A stretch of 64,000 nt of DNA. Origin: an uncultured Candidatus Rokubacteria bacterium. GTDB taxonomy: Bacteria > Methylomirabilota > Methylomirabilia > Rokubacteriales > DASRDR01. The notes under the pieces are model-generated. The model made no database searches. It was not told where the DNA came from and was given only the letters and a program-made list of their open reading frames with translations. Position numbers and translations under genes: made by a program. The stretch spans positions 1,888,001 through 1,952,000 of the forward strand of contig CAWGVS010000005.1 in assembly GCA_963826115.1 (NCBI GenBank), written 5' to 3'. Below are positions 47,888-57,846 of the stretch, in pieces. Numbering within the stretch: position 1 is the stretch's first letter; each line of letters begins with the position of its first letter.

Positions 47888-49084
47888 TCAGACGATGATC
47901 CCGCGCTCCCGCAGGACGCCGATCCGCTCGGCCGGATACCCGAGGAGGTCCCGGAGCACCGGATCGGTGTCCTGCCCCAGCGCGCGCGGCGCGGCGGGGC
48001 GGAACGGCGGCGCGCCGTCCGGTCTCACCGGCGTCCCCAGGGTCCTGAGCCTTCCGAGCGAGGGGTGGTCCAGGTCCACCACCATCTCGCGGAGCAGCAC
48101 CTGGGGGTCGCTGACGACCTGGTCCACCGAGTTGATCGGCGCGACGGGCACGCCCTCCTGCTGGAGCCGGGCGAGCCACTCGGCGGTCGTGCGCGACGGG
48201 AAGACGGCCTCGAGCGTCGGGACCAGTTCCGCGCGGCGCTCCACGCGCTTCGGGTTCGAGTCGAACCGGGGGTCGGTCGCGAGGTCGGGGCGCTCGATCG
48301 CCCGGCAGAACCCCGTCCAAAACTTCTCGGCGAAGACGGCGACGACGACGTGGCCGTCCCGCGTGGAGAAGGCCTGGTAGGGCACGACCGACGCGTGCCC
48401 CGAGCCGACCCGCCCCGGCACGCGCCCGTCCGCCCAGAAGTACTGGGCGACGTAGGTCAGGAGCGACACCTGGCAGTCGAGAAGCGAGAGGTCGAAGTGC
48501 GTCCCCTCGCCCGTCTGGGCGCGCCGGAAGAGCGCGCTCGCCACCGCGAGCGCGCCGAACATCCCGCCCGCCAGGTCGCCCATGGGCAGGCCCATCCGCG
48601 CGGGCGCACGGCCCGCCTCGCCGGTGAGGCTCATCGCGCCGCCCATGGCCTGGAGGGCAAGGTCGAACGCCGGCCACTCCCGGTACGGCCCCTCCTGGCC
48701 GAAGGCGGAGATCGAGCACACCACGAGGCGGGGGTTGAGCCGCCGGAGGGTCGCGGGCGCGCAGCCGAGCCGCTCCATCACCCCGGGGCGGAAGTTCTCC
48801 CACACGACATCCGACACGCGGCAGAGGTCGTGCAAGACGTCCCGGCCCTCGGGCGTCTCGAGGTCGAGGGCCACGCTCTTCTTGTTCCGGTTGATGGACA
48901 GGAAGTACGCGCTCTCGCGCTCGGGCCCGAGGAACGGCGGCCCCATCGCGCGCATCGGGTCGCCGCCCCGGGGGTCCTCGATCTTGATGACCTCCGCGCC
49001 CAGGTCGGCCAGGAGCATCGAGCCGTAGGGCCCGGCCAGCATGCGGGAGAGGTCCAGGACCCGGACGCCGGCGAGGAGCATCAC
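47888..49084 (-). CDS. CaiB/BaiF class III CoA-transferase
   Basis: VLDLSRMLAGP, LADLGAEVIKIE, NRNKKS, ENFRPG, catalytic GD. Confidence 0.95.
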   Translation of the reverse strand: MMLLAGVRVLDLSRMLAGPYGSMLLADLGAEVIKIEDPRGGDPMRAMGPPFLGPERESAYFLSINRNKKSVALDLETPEGRDVLHDLCRVSDVVWENFRPGVMERLGCAPATLRRLNPRLVVCSISAFGQEGPYREWPAFDLALQAMGGAMSLTGEAGRAPARMGLPMGDLAGGMFGALAVASALFRRAQTGEGTHFDLSLLDCQVSLLTYVAQYFWADGRVPGRVGSGHASVVPYQAFSTRDGHVVVAVFAEKFWTGFCRAIERPDLATDPRFDSNPKRVERRAELVPTLEAVFPSRTTAEWLARLQQEGVPVAPINSVDQVVSDPQVLLREMVVDLDHPSLGRLRTLGTPVRPDGAPPFRPAAPRALGQDTDPVLRDLLGYPAERIGVLRERGIIV

Positions 49085-49088
49085 GCTG

Positions 49089-49856
49089 TCAGCGCCGGCG
49101 CGCCAGCACGTCGTAGGACGGCTGGTGGGCCTGGAACGAGACGCCGGGGCCGTCGTAGAGGTCGGTGACGACCACCACGTCGAACCCGTGGCGCCGGAGC
49201 GCGGCCTCGATCTCCTCCACGGTGTGAAGACGCATCACGTGGCGCTCGCGCGCGACGTGCTCCGGCGTCTCCAGCGTGAGGTCAACCGTCAGGGTCCGCG
49301 CGTCGTCGTCGAACCGGCCGCGGCTGTCGGCCACGACGCGGCCGCCCGCCACCATCCGCGAGTTCCGGAAGGTGTAGCGACGCCGGCCGTCAGGCGTGAT
49401 GAAGTCGAACAGGAAGAGGCCGCCGGGACGGAGGCGGGCCCGGAGCGCTTCGAGGAAGACCTCGAGCCCGCCGTCCTGCGCTCCCACGTACGCGACAACG
49501 TCGTCGATCGCGGTCACCAGGTCGAAAGTCGGTGCGGCACGGAGGCAGTCGAGGGTGCCGCACACCCGGACGAGGCGGCCCTCCGTCCCGCCGAGCCGCG
49601 CGCGCACCAGCATCGCGTGGAGCAGGTCGAGACACAGCGACCGGTACCCGGCGCGCGCCCAGTACCGGCTGTACCGGCAGGTCCCGGCGCCCACGTCCAG
49701 GTGGCGCCCGCCGACGAGACCGGCGGACGCGACGAGCCGGGAGGAGCTCACGAACCAGCGCCGGATCCCCCGTGGCTCGAACAGCTGCGCGAAATACGGC
49801 GCGAGGGTCGCGTACGGCCGCTCGGCGGGCGAGGTCACCGGGGCGAGCGCGCTCAC
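49089..49856 (-). CDS. Class I SAM-dependent methyltransferase
   Basis: LDVGAGT, FDLVT, LRPGGLFLFD, ERHVMR. Confidence 0.82.
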   Translation of the reverse strand: MSALAPVTSPAERPYATLAPYFAQLFEPRGIRRWFVSSSRLVASAGLVGGRHLDVGAGTCRYSRYWARAGYRSLCLDLLHAMLVRARLGGTEGRLVRVCGTLDCLRAAPTFDLVTAIDDVVAYVGAQDGGLEVFLEALRARLRPGGLFLFDFITPDGRRRYTFRNSRMVAGGRVVADSRGRFDDDARTLTVDLTLETPEHVARERHVMRLHTVEEIEAALRRHGFDVVVVTDLYDGPGVSFQAHQPSYDVLARRR

Positions 49857-50584
49857 CGGACGCGACCGCAGACGGTGAGGACGACCTGCGCGCAGAGGAA
49901 CCGGCCCGCCCGGTCCGCGTCGATCAGGCTCTCCACCCACCTCGCCGCGTCCGCGGCGGAGACCGCGCCGGCCTTGGCGGCACGCTCGGCCTTGTCGCGA
50001 AGCTTCAGCACCTCTTCGTCGTACTCCGTCGCGACGGCCGCGTAGGGCGTCACCGAGACCGCGTCGAGGCCCGCGTCGAGGAACAGCCCCGGGAGCTTCC
50101 GCCCCACGCGACCGCTCTCCATGCGGTCCGAGTGGTGCGCCAGGATCCGGCGCGTGACCTCGGCGTCGGCCGCCTCGACCACCAGGGTGTCGTAGTCCGT
50201 ATCGCTGACCGCGATCCGCCCGCCGCCTCTCGTCACGCGCGCCATCTCGGCGAGCGCCTTCGGCGGGTCCGTCAGGTGGTGAAACACGCGGTCGGCCCGG
50301 CACGCGTCGAACGTCCGGTCCTCGAAGGGGAGCGCGTACGCGTCGGCGACGCGGAAGTCCACGGGCCGGGGAAGGCCGAGTGTCTGCGCCCGAGCCTCGC
50401 GGACCTTGTCCTCGGTCCAGTCGATCCCGATCACGGAGACACCGCGAACCAGGCCGGCGATCGCCCGGACGTCCTCCCCGGTGCCGCAGCCGACGTCCAG
50501 GACCTGGTCCCCCTCGGCCAGCGTCAGGAGCTCGAAGCTCCGCGCCTTGTAGCCGAGCCAGGCAGCCTCCGCGGTGCGCCCCAT
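49853..50584 (-). CDS. Class I SAM-dependent methyltransferase (UbiE-like)
   Basis: VLDVGCGTG, ADAYALPFED..FD, EMARVTRGGG. Confidence 0.88.
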   Translation of the reverse strand: MGRTAEAAWLGYKARSFELLTLAEGDQVLDVGCGTGEDVRAIAGLVRGVSVIGIDWTEDKVREARAQTLGLPRPVDFRVADAYALPFEDRTFDACRADRVFHHLTDPPKALAEMARVTRGGGRIAVSDTDYDTLVVEAADAEVTRRILAHHSDRMESGRVGRKLPGLFLDAGLDAVSVTPYAAVATEYDEEVLKLRDKAERAAKAGAVSAADAARWVESLIDADRAGRFLCAQVVLTVCGRVR

Positions 50585-50588
50585 CTTG

Positions 50589-52214
50589 TCAGAACGCGGT
50601 GGGTTCCTTGTGCTCGCCCCACACGTCGCGGAGGGCGCCAGCCATCTCTCCGAGCGTGGCGTAAGCCCGCACCGCCTCCAGGATCGGCGGCATGAGGTTG
50701 TCACGGCCCCGCGCCGTGTCGCGGAGACGCCCCAGCGTTCCGTCCACCGCGCCCTGGTCCCGCTCGCGGCGAAGGCGCCGGAGCCGGGCGACCTGCGCCT
50801 CGGCCACGCCCGGATCGGACGCGTAGAGCTCGATCGCGTCCGACGTCTCGCGCCCGGCGTCGGGAGCGACGTGGCGGTTCACCCCGACCTTCGGGTACTC
50901 CCCGGACAGCATCATCTGCTCGAACCGGTAGGCCTGCCGGGCGACCTCCGCCTGGATCGCGCCCGACTTCACGCCCTCGACGATGCCGCCCATGCGCTCG
51001 ACCCGCTCCATCTCGACCCGGATCCGCGCCTCCATCTCGTTCGTGAGCGCCTCGACGAAGTACGATCCGGCGAGCGGGTCGACGGTGTCCGCCACCCCCG
51101 TCTCCTCCGCGCAGATCTGCATCGTGCGGAGCGCGATCAGCTGGGCCTTGGGCGACGGGATGGTGTAGGCCTCGTCGTACGTCGGCAAGGCGCTCGTCTG
51201 ACACCCCGAGAGCGCCGCCGCGAGGCTGTAGTAGGCGCCGCGCACGATGTTGTTCTCGGGCTCCTGCACCGTGAAGCCGGAGCCGCCGCCGCCGATCAGC
51301 GAGCGGAACATCATCGACCGCGGGTTCTTCGCCCCGAAGCGCTCCTTCATGAGCCGCGCGTACAGCCGCCGGCCGGCCCGGAACTTCGCGACCTCCTCGA
51401 ACAGCCTGCCCCAGCACGTGAAATTGAACGACAGACGGGGCGCGAACTCGTCGACCGGCAGGCCGCGCTTCACCAGGAGGTCGGTGTAGGCGGCGACGAT
51501 CAGGAGCCCGTAGGCCATCTCCTGGGCCGGCGTGCACCCGGCCTCGCGGATGTGGTAGCCGCAGACCGAGATCGGGTTGACCTTCGGCGCGTGCCGCGCG
51601 CAGAACTCGGCGATGTCGCAGACGAGGCGGAGCGAGGGGTCCACGGGGTAGACCCACGTCCCGCGCGCGACGAACTCCTTGAGGATGTCGTTCTGGGGCG
51701 TGGTGACGACGCGATCCCAGGCAACGCCCTGCTTCTCGGCGACCACCAGGAACATCGCCTGGATGAAGGCCGCCATGGAGTTGATCGTGAACGAGATGGA
51801 GACCCGATCGGCCGCGATGCCGTCGAACGCCTCCTCCATGTCGAGGAGGGAGTCGATCGCCATCCCCACCCGGCCGACCTCGCCCTCCGCGCGGGGGTCG
51901 TCGGAGTCGAGACCGAGCTGCGTGGGCAGATCGAACGCGACGTTGAGCGCGTCCTGGCCGTGGGCCATCAGGTACTTGAAGCGGGCGTTCGTCTCCGCGG
52001 GGGTCCCGAAGCCGACGTACTGGCGCATCGTCCACACCCGCGAGCGGTACATGTGCGGGTGGATCCCGCGGGTGAAGGGGTACTCGCCGGGGTCGCCGAG
52101 ATCGCGACCGTAGTCGAGCCCGGCGAGGTCAGCGGGCCCGTAGACGGGCTTCACCTCGATGCCGTCGAGATAGGTGACGTCCCTCGGCTTCTTCTCCCCG
52201 CGCGGCTCCGCCAT
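50589..52214 (-). CDS. B12-dependent acyl-CoA mutase large subunit (methylmalonyl-CoA mutase family, atypical active site)
   Basis: [48 protein letters not shown]. Confidence 0.95.
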   Translation of the reverse strand: MAEPRGEKKPRDVTYLDGIEVKPVYGPADLAGLDYGRDLGDPGEYPFTRGIHPHMYRSRVWTMRQYVGFGTPAETNARFKYLMAHGQDALNVAFDLPTQLGLDSDDPRAEGEVGRVGMAIDSLLDMEEAFDGIAADRVSISFTINSMAAFIQAMFLVVAEKQGVAWDRVVTTPQNDILKEFVARGTWVYPVDPSLRLVCDIAEFCARHAPKVNPISVCGYHIREAGCTPAQEMAYGLLIVAAYTDLLVKRGLPVDEFAPRLSFNFTCWGRLFEEVAKFRAGRRLYARLMKERFGAKNPRSMMFRSLIGGGGSGFTVQEPENNIVRGAYYSLAAALSGCQTSALPTYDEAYTIPSPKAQLIALRTMQICAEETGVADTVDPLAGSYFVEALTNEMEARIRVEMERVERMGGIVEGVKSGAIQAEVARQAYRFEQMMLSGEYPKVGVNRHVAPDAGRETSDAIELYASDPGVAEAQVARLRRLRRERDQGAVDGTLGRLRDTARGRDNLMPPILEAVRAYATLGEMAGALRDVWGEHKEPTAF

Positions 52215-52226
52215 CGGCCCGCCCTC

Positions 52227-52631
52227 CTACGCCTCGGCCCGCCGGAGCGACCGGAAGTACGACACGATCTCGGGCAAGGGCGTCCCCATGGGGAAGACGG
52301 CGCGCACTCCCATGGCCCGCAGCGTCTCGGCGTCGCGCGCCGGGATCGTGCCCCCGACCACCACGGTGACGTCGGCCGCGTCCGCCGCCTGGAGCCCGTG
52401 GAGCAGGCGACGCGACAAGGTCAGGTGCGCGCCGGACAGCACCGACAACCCGATGACGTCCACGTCTTCCTGGACCGCCTCGGCGACCAGCTCGTCGGGG
52501 GTGCGCTTCAGGCCCGAGTACACCACCTCGATGCCCGCGTCGCGGAGGGCGTGCGCCACGACCTTGGCGCCGCGGTCGTGGCCGTCGAGCCCCGGCTTCG
52601 CGATCAGCACCCTGAGCGGACGGTCCGTCAC
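52227..52631 (-). CDS. Acyl-CoA mutase small cobalamin-binding subunit
   Basis: [25 protein letters not shown]. Confidence 0.95.
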   Translation of the reverse strand: MTDRPLRVLIAKPGLDGHDRGAKVVAHALRDAGIEVVYSGLKRTPDELVAEAVQEDVDVIGLSVLSGAHLTLSRRLLHGLQAADAADVTVVVGGTIPARDAETLRAMGVRAVFPMGTPLPEIVSYFRSLRRAEA

Positions 52632-53101
52632 GAGGAGCCCTTCGCCGGCGTGAAGGCGAGCAGGTGTCGTGGCTGCCCCTGGGGGTCGTCCGCGACCCGC
52701 ACCGGGGTGAAGCGGACGTCGGCACCCACCGCGAGCGTCGCGGGGTCTCCCACGCCCAGGAGGGGCGTGAACACACGCAGCCCCGCGACGTCCACGATCG
52801 CGAAGACGCGGGGCCGCGGGAAGCCGGCGGGCACGCCGGTCTCTTGGATGCTGAACCCGCGGATCCGGCCGACGTGCGGGAGGTCCACCCAGTCGAAGGC
52901 ATCGGACGTGCACGCCGGGCAGAAGCCGCGCGGCGGCCAGTCGACCCGGCCGCAGCCCCGGCACCGGGTGGTCGTGAGACGTCCCTCCGCCAGGTGCGCG
53001 TAGAACGGGTGGAGCTTGTTGTGCTCCGGCGACTCGAGCGGCAGCGGGTCCACCACCCGGGCGTATGGACGCTGGGGTGACGCGGCAGCGGGCTCCGTCA
53101 T
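52628..53101 (-). CDS. DUF35 Zn-ribbon/OB-fold protein (thiolase partner)
   Basis: CRGCG..WPPR.FCPAC followed by an OB-fold region. Confidence 0.9.
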   Translation of the reverse strand: MTEPAAASPQRPYARVVDPLPLESPEHNKLHPFYAHLAEGRLTTTRCRGCGRVDWPPRGFCPACTSDAFDWVDLPHVGRIRGFSIQETGVPAGFPRPRVFAIVDVAGLRVFTPLLGVGDPATLAVGADVRFTPVRVADDPQGQPRHLLAFTPAKGSS

Positions 53102-53160
53102 GGGATTCGGCTCTCCACGCGGCAGTCTATCACCGCCACGCGGGCCCGCGGCCGCACCGA

Positions 53161-53691
53161 TCAGCGCGTGAGGACGGCGCGGACGAAGGCCTCCTGGACG
53201 GGCTCCTGCATCGCGCTGGCCCGGTAGATCCGCCGTAGCTCCGTGACCGGATCGGCCGCGAGCCCGTGGTCCTTCAGGATGGACGCGAGCACCACGGCGG
53301 TCCGGCCGAGCCCGGCGTTACAGTGGACCAGGACGCCGCCGCCGGCTGCGAGCCGCGCGCCCGCGTCCCGGAGCACCTGGCGGAAGCCCGGCGCCTCGCG
53401 CGGCACGCCGAAGTCGGCGATCGGGTATCGGCGGAGCTCGATGCCGTCCCGGGCGAGCGCCTCGAAGAGGCCCGGCGCGCGCCGGGGCACCTCCCAGTCC
53501 TCGATGAGGCTCAGCACCAGGCCGACGCCCGAGGCCCGCCAGGCGCGGACGCCCGCCACGACCGCATCGGCCTTGGGCGGCTCGTCCGGGTAGCTGGGCC
53601 GCCCGGCGCCCCACAGACGCCCACCGGCCGGGAGGATGGGGTGGAGCAGCTGGAGCGGTTGCCCCACCGGAGGCGTGACGACGGTGTTCAC
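53161..53691 (-). CDS. Protein-tyrosine/dual-specificity phosphatase
   Basis: PIADF acid loop and HCNAGLGRT P-loop. GTG start 53691 lies 8 nt after TATACT. Confidence 0.85.
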   Translation of the reverse strand: MNTVVTPPVGQPLQLLHPILPAGGRLWGAGRPSYPDEPPKADAVVAGVRAWRASGVGLVLSLIEDWEVPRRAPGLFEALARDGIELRRYPIADFGVPREAPGFRQVLRDAGARLAAGGGVLVHCNAGLGRTAVVLASILKDHGLAADPVTELRRIYRASAMQEPVQEAFVRAVLTR

Positions 53692-53810
53692 CAGGCGGGA
53701 GTATAACAGCCGGGTCCCCCCGCCCCCGCCCCGGTCCGGGGGGCCCGGAACGCCGCGGCATCGTCGGAGGCGCGCGAACCGACCGTCATGCGTTACACTG
53801 TGGGCCGACC

Positions 53811-55259
53811 GTGACGACCAGCTCGAATCGAGACGGCAGGCAGAGGAAGACGCGAGGCAGCGCTTCCCGCTCGGCGGCAAGCAAGCGGGGCACCCGGAAG
53901 CCAGCGGAGCGACCTCGCCGGCCGGTCGTCGAGGAGCCCGCCCCCGAGCCCGTCGCGCCGGCGCCCCCCGAGATCATCGAGGAGTCCGAGCCGCTCCAGG
54001 TATCCGTCTCCCGGATCGAGAGCGCATTCGCCGCGCGCATGCCACCGCCCGAGCCCGAGCGGCCGCGGCCGCCCGGGCGCCGCGCGATCTTCCTGGACGT
54101 CGAGAACACGAGCCGCGCCCAGCACCTCGCGCACGTGATCGAGCACCTCGGGGTGGACCCCTGGGACCGTCGAACCGAGCTCGTGGCCGTCGCCAACTGG
54201 CGCGTGGTGGGACACGAGGCGGCGCGGTTACTCGCCGCAGGCGGCGCACACCTGGTCCACAGCGCGCCCTCGACGGGCGTGCGCGACTGGAGCGACCTGC
54301 GCATCGCGGTCGCCGCGGGCATCTGGCTGGCCTCGGCGCGGCCCGGGGACATCATCGAGATCGTCTCCGACGACCGCGCGTTCGACGCCGTCGGCGACGT
54401 CGCCGCCAGCCTGGGGATCGAGTTCCGGCGGCTGTCGTACCGTCGACTGCGGGAGCAGTCGCCGGAGACCCCCGAGGAGCCGGAGAGCCCGCCTCCGCCT
54501 CCGGCAAGCGCGTCGGGATCGCGCCGGCGGCGACGGCGCCGGGGTCGTGGCCCTGCCGGCCCGCCGCAGGCATCCGGAGGCGAGCGCCGTCCCGCCGACT
54601 CGCGCGACGGTGGCCGCCATGGGGGCCCGGCTCCTCCGCACGGCCGATCCGGCGGTGGCCGGCGGCGGCCGGGTGGCCCGCCGGCGGCTCGCCCGCAGCC
54701 CGAACCCTCCCACACCACGGCGCCCCACGACGAGCTGGTCTCGGTCGTGCGCGGGATGGTGGAGGCGTCGCCCCGGCGCGCTGTCAGCATCGACGCCGTG
54801 GCCAATGCGCTCAAGGCACGGGGATTCCAGCGGTCGCCGGGTTCGCCCCGGTTGGTCACGCGCCTCCGGCGGATCCGCGAGCTGCTCGTGAGCCCGTCCG
54901 GCGTGATCACCCTGGCGGAGGACGGCGCTCCGCCGCCAAGTCAGAGCCGGGTGGAGAGCGCGCCGACCGTCGAGACCGAGTCGCCGCGCCACGACGACGA
55001 GACACCGGCCGCCCCCGAGCCGGCCGACGAGATCGAGGACGACGACGGCCAGCCGGCCTACCTGAGCTATGCGGACGCGGAGGAGGAGCCGCCCGAGGTC
55101 GACGGTAACCGGGCCGAGCCTCGTTCCTCGCCCTCGCACGCAGCCGCCGCAGCCCGTCCGCAGCGGCCGCCGCCGGCGCCGCCGGCGCTGGCGTGGCGGA
55201 CCGCGCCAGCCCGCGACCGGGCAGTCCCCGGGCTGATCCCCGCCGCGCCGCGACGCTGA
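53811..55259 (+). CDS. NYN-domain (PIN-like) protein with OST-HTH/LOTUS-like domain and disordered linkers
   Basis: IFLDVEN, DWSDLRI, IVSDDRAF, then a helical DAVANALKARGF domain. The 3' end frame is uncertain. Confidence 0.75.
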   Translation: MTTSSNRDGRQRKTRGSASRSAASKRGTRKPAERPRRPVVEEPAPEPVAPAPPEIIEESEPLQVSVSRIESAFAARMPPPEPERPRPPGRRAIFLDVENTSRAQHLAHVIEHLGVDPWDRRTELVAVANWRVVGHEAARLLAAGGAHLVHSAPSTGVRDWSDLRIAVAAGIWLASARPGDIIEIVSDDRAFDAVGDVAASLGIEFRRLSYRRLREQSPETPEEPESPPPPPASASGSRRRRRRRGRGPAGPPQASGGERRPADSRDGGRHGGPAPPHGRSGGGRRRPGGPPAARPQPEPSHTTAPHDELVSVVRGMVEASPRRAVSIDAVANALKARGFQRSPGSPRLVTRLRRIRELLVSPSGVITLAEDGAPPPSQSRVESAPTVETESPRHDDETPAAPEPADEIEDDDGQPAYLSYADAEEEPPEVDGNRAEPRSSPSHAAAAARPQRPPPAPPALAWRTAPARDRAVPGLIPAAPRR

Positions 55260-55273
55260 CCGCGAGGCCCGGC

Positions 55274-56443
55274 TCAGGCCGGGTCGCGACCGTACAGCAT
55301 GACGACGTGCTCGCCCATCCCCGAGTTGTTGTGGGTGAGGGCAAGCCGCGCGCCCGGGACCTGGCGAGGGCCAGCCTCGTCGCGGAGCTGCCAGAAGGCC
55401 TCGCTCGCCTGGGCGATGCCGGTGGCGCCAAGAGGGTGGCCGCAGCCGATGAGTCCGCCGCGCGGGTTGACGACGACCTTTCCGCCGTAGTCCGACAGGC
55501 CCTTCTCGACGAACCGGCCGCCCTCGCCCTTCGGGCAGAACCCGAGCTCCTCGTACGCGATGATCTCGGCGATGGCGAAGCAGTCGTGCACCTCGGCCAG
55601 GTCCACGTCGTCGGGGCCGACGCCGGCCATGCGGTACGCCTGTTCCCCCGCCCGCCGGAGCGCCGGCCAGCTCGCGTAGTCCTCGGGCAGCGAGGAGAGC
55701 GTGAACCCGTCCAGCGCCTGGCCGGTCCCGCGGATCCACACCGGCCGGTCCGTGAGGTCGCGGGCCCGCTCCTCGCTGGCGACGATCACGGCGGCGGCCC
55801 CATCCGTGATGGGCGAGCACATGAACAGCCGGAAGGGCGTCGCGATCATGCGGGAACACAGCACCTGGTCGAGGGTCGCGCCCTTCCGGAAGTGCGCGTA
55901 GGGGTTCCGGGCCGCGTGGTTGTGGTTCTTCACGCTGACCAGCGCCATCTGCTCCTCGGTCGTGCCGTGTCGCGCCATGTGGGCCTGGGCCGCGAGGGCG
56001 AAGCACGGCGGCGCCGTGAGGCCGTGGGCCGCCTCCCACTCGCGGTCGACGCCCGTGCCCATGTTGAGGATGGCCTCGTCCGGCGTCGGGACGTTCAGCT
56101 TCTCGACACCGAGCACCATGACCAGGTCGGCGAGTCCGGCGGCGATGAAGGCGTACGCGTACCGGAGCCCGACCGTCCCCGACGCGCACATGTGCTCGGT
56201 GCGGGCCGACAGCCGGCTCGGCTTGATGCCGAGCGCCTCGGCGGCGAGAGAGGCGACGTGGCTCTGGAAGGCCGTGCGCTCGGGCATGACCGAGCCCACC
56301 ACGATCCCCTCGAGATCGGCCGGGCGCACGCCAGGAATGGAGTCGAAGCAGGCCTTCCCGGCTTCCCAGATCAGGTCCCGGTACGTCGCCTTGCGCACCC
56401 CGAACGGTGTCATGCCGGCTCCGACCAGGGCCACTCGTCGCAT
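55274..56443 (-). CDS. SCP-x/SCP2-type thiolase domain protein
   Basis: EHMCASG, KNH.HA.RNP.A, CSPITDGAAA, EVHDCF, GHPLGATG. Confidence 0.92.
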   Translation of the reverse strand: MRRVALVGAGMTPFGVRKATYRDLIWEAGKACFDSIPGVRPADLEGIVVGSVMPERTAFQSHVASLAAEALGIKPSRLSARTEHMCASGTVGLRYAYAFIAAGLADLVMVLGVEKLNVPTPDEAILNMGTGVDREWEAAHGLTAPPCFALAAQAHMARHGTTEEQMALVSVKNHNHAARNPYAHFRKGATLDQVLCSRMIATPFRLFMCSPITDGAAAVIVASEERARDLTDRPVWIRGTGQALDGFTLSSLPEDYASWPALRRAGEQAYRMAGVGPDDVDLAEVHDCFAIAEIIAYEELGFCPKGEGGRFVEKGLSDYGGKVVVNPRGGLIGCGHPLGATGIAQASEAFWQLRDEAGPRQVPGARLALTHNNSGMGEHVVMLYGRDPA

Positions 56444-56620
56444 TGTCCGGGCTCCTCTCGGCCGCCGCTCCCGGCGATCGGCTCCACCTTACCCCAGGGC
56501 GCGGCCCGGTCGCGAGGCCCGGGCGTGGTGGCGTCTCACGATTCCGTGGTTTCCCGCGATCGGAGAGGGTTTTACCGCGACTGGAGCCCGCCGCGCCGTC
56601 CGTGTTACCATCCGCCGCCC

Positions 56621-57837
56621 ATGACGCCGAAACCCATCTCGCCCACTGCCGACGCGCTCCCGCTCCGGCGGACGCCGGCGGCGAAGCTTCGCTTCCGGGC
56701 GTGGAGCGCCTTGCAGCAGGACCAGTGGGCGCTGGCTCGGGTGGCCGCCGCCTTCATCCTCACCCGAGCGATCCTCTACGTGCGGGCGCTCTCGCCGTCC
56801 GCATGGCGCCGACGAGCTCCTGGACCCGCGCCGAGGCCGGCAAGAACCTGTCGCTCGTGCCGTGGATGGGCTGGGACGCCGGCTGGTACCTCTCGATCGC
56901 GCAGCGCGGCTACTCGTTCGACCCGCACGGCGCGTCGAACGTCGCCTTCTTCCCCCTGTTTCCCCTCCTGATCAAGGTCGTTGCCGCCATCACCGGGAGC
57001 GTCGCCACGGCCGGGCTCCTGATCGCCAACCTGGCGGCGCTGGGCGCGGTTCTCGTGCTCTGGCGCTGGGTTCGCGCGGAAGCAGGATCGGTTGCGGCGG
57101 AGCGGTCCGCGCTCTGGCTCCTCGTCTACCCGTTCTCCTTCTACCAGAACTCGATCTACGCCGAGTCGCTGTTCTTCCTGCTCGCGACGCTGGCGCTCGA
57201 GGCCAGTTCCCGCGGCCGGCGGCTGACCGCGGGGCTCTGGGGCGCCCTCGCCGCGACCACGCGCCCCATGGGAGTCCTCCTGACCCCCGCGCTGGCCTGG
57301 GGGCTCTGGTCGGACTGGCGCGCCGGTCGCCCGGTCGGGCCGCGCGACGTGGCGGCGGTCGCGCTGCCGGCCGCGGGCCTGGCGGCCTACATGGCCTATC
57401 TCTGGGTGGCGGTCGGCGACCCGCTCGCGTTCTGGACGGCCCACGTCGTCGGCTGGCACGTCCAGTTCCAGTGGGCCGTGGCCAAGTACTGGCGCGAGAC
57501 CTACTGGGTGCTCACGCGGCTGGTGCGAGTGCACACGTACTCGCACCTGCTCGACACGATGCGCATCGTGCTGCCCGTGGTGTTCGCCGCCCTCACCGTG
57601 CCGGTGTTCCGCCGGCTGGGCGCGGTGCCGGGGATCTACGCGGCGCTGTCCGTGGCGGTCGGCGTGTTCTTCGCCTTGGAGAGCGTGGGCCGGGAGTTCC
57701 TCGCGGTGGTTCCGGTCTTCGCCGTGATCGGGCTGATCGGGCCCCGCGGCATGCTCGGGGAAGCGCTCCGGTTTTTCTCCCTGGGCCTCCTCCTGCTCTT
57801 CGTCTTCGCCTTCGCGAGCGGTCGGTTCGTCGGCTGA
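56621..57837 (+). pseudogene. PIG-V-like membrane mannosyltransferase (GT-C), single-base frameshift near 56781
   Basis: N-terminus (MTPKP...AFILTRAILYV) in one frame, and WDAGWYLSIAQRGY, AFFPLFP, YAESLF, TRPMG in the frame ending at 57837. Confidence 0.82.
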
Positions 57838-57846
57838 GCGGTCGGC

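Noticed and set aside
50589-52214. Calling the mutase canonical methylmalonyl-CoA mutase or isobutyryl-CoA mutase
   Set aside because: Active-site strands differ from MCM, and Tyr/Arg retention argues against isobutyryl-CoA mutase. No meaB or epimerase is in the window.
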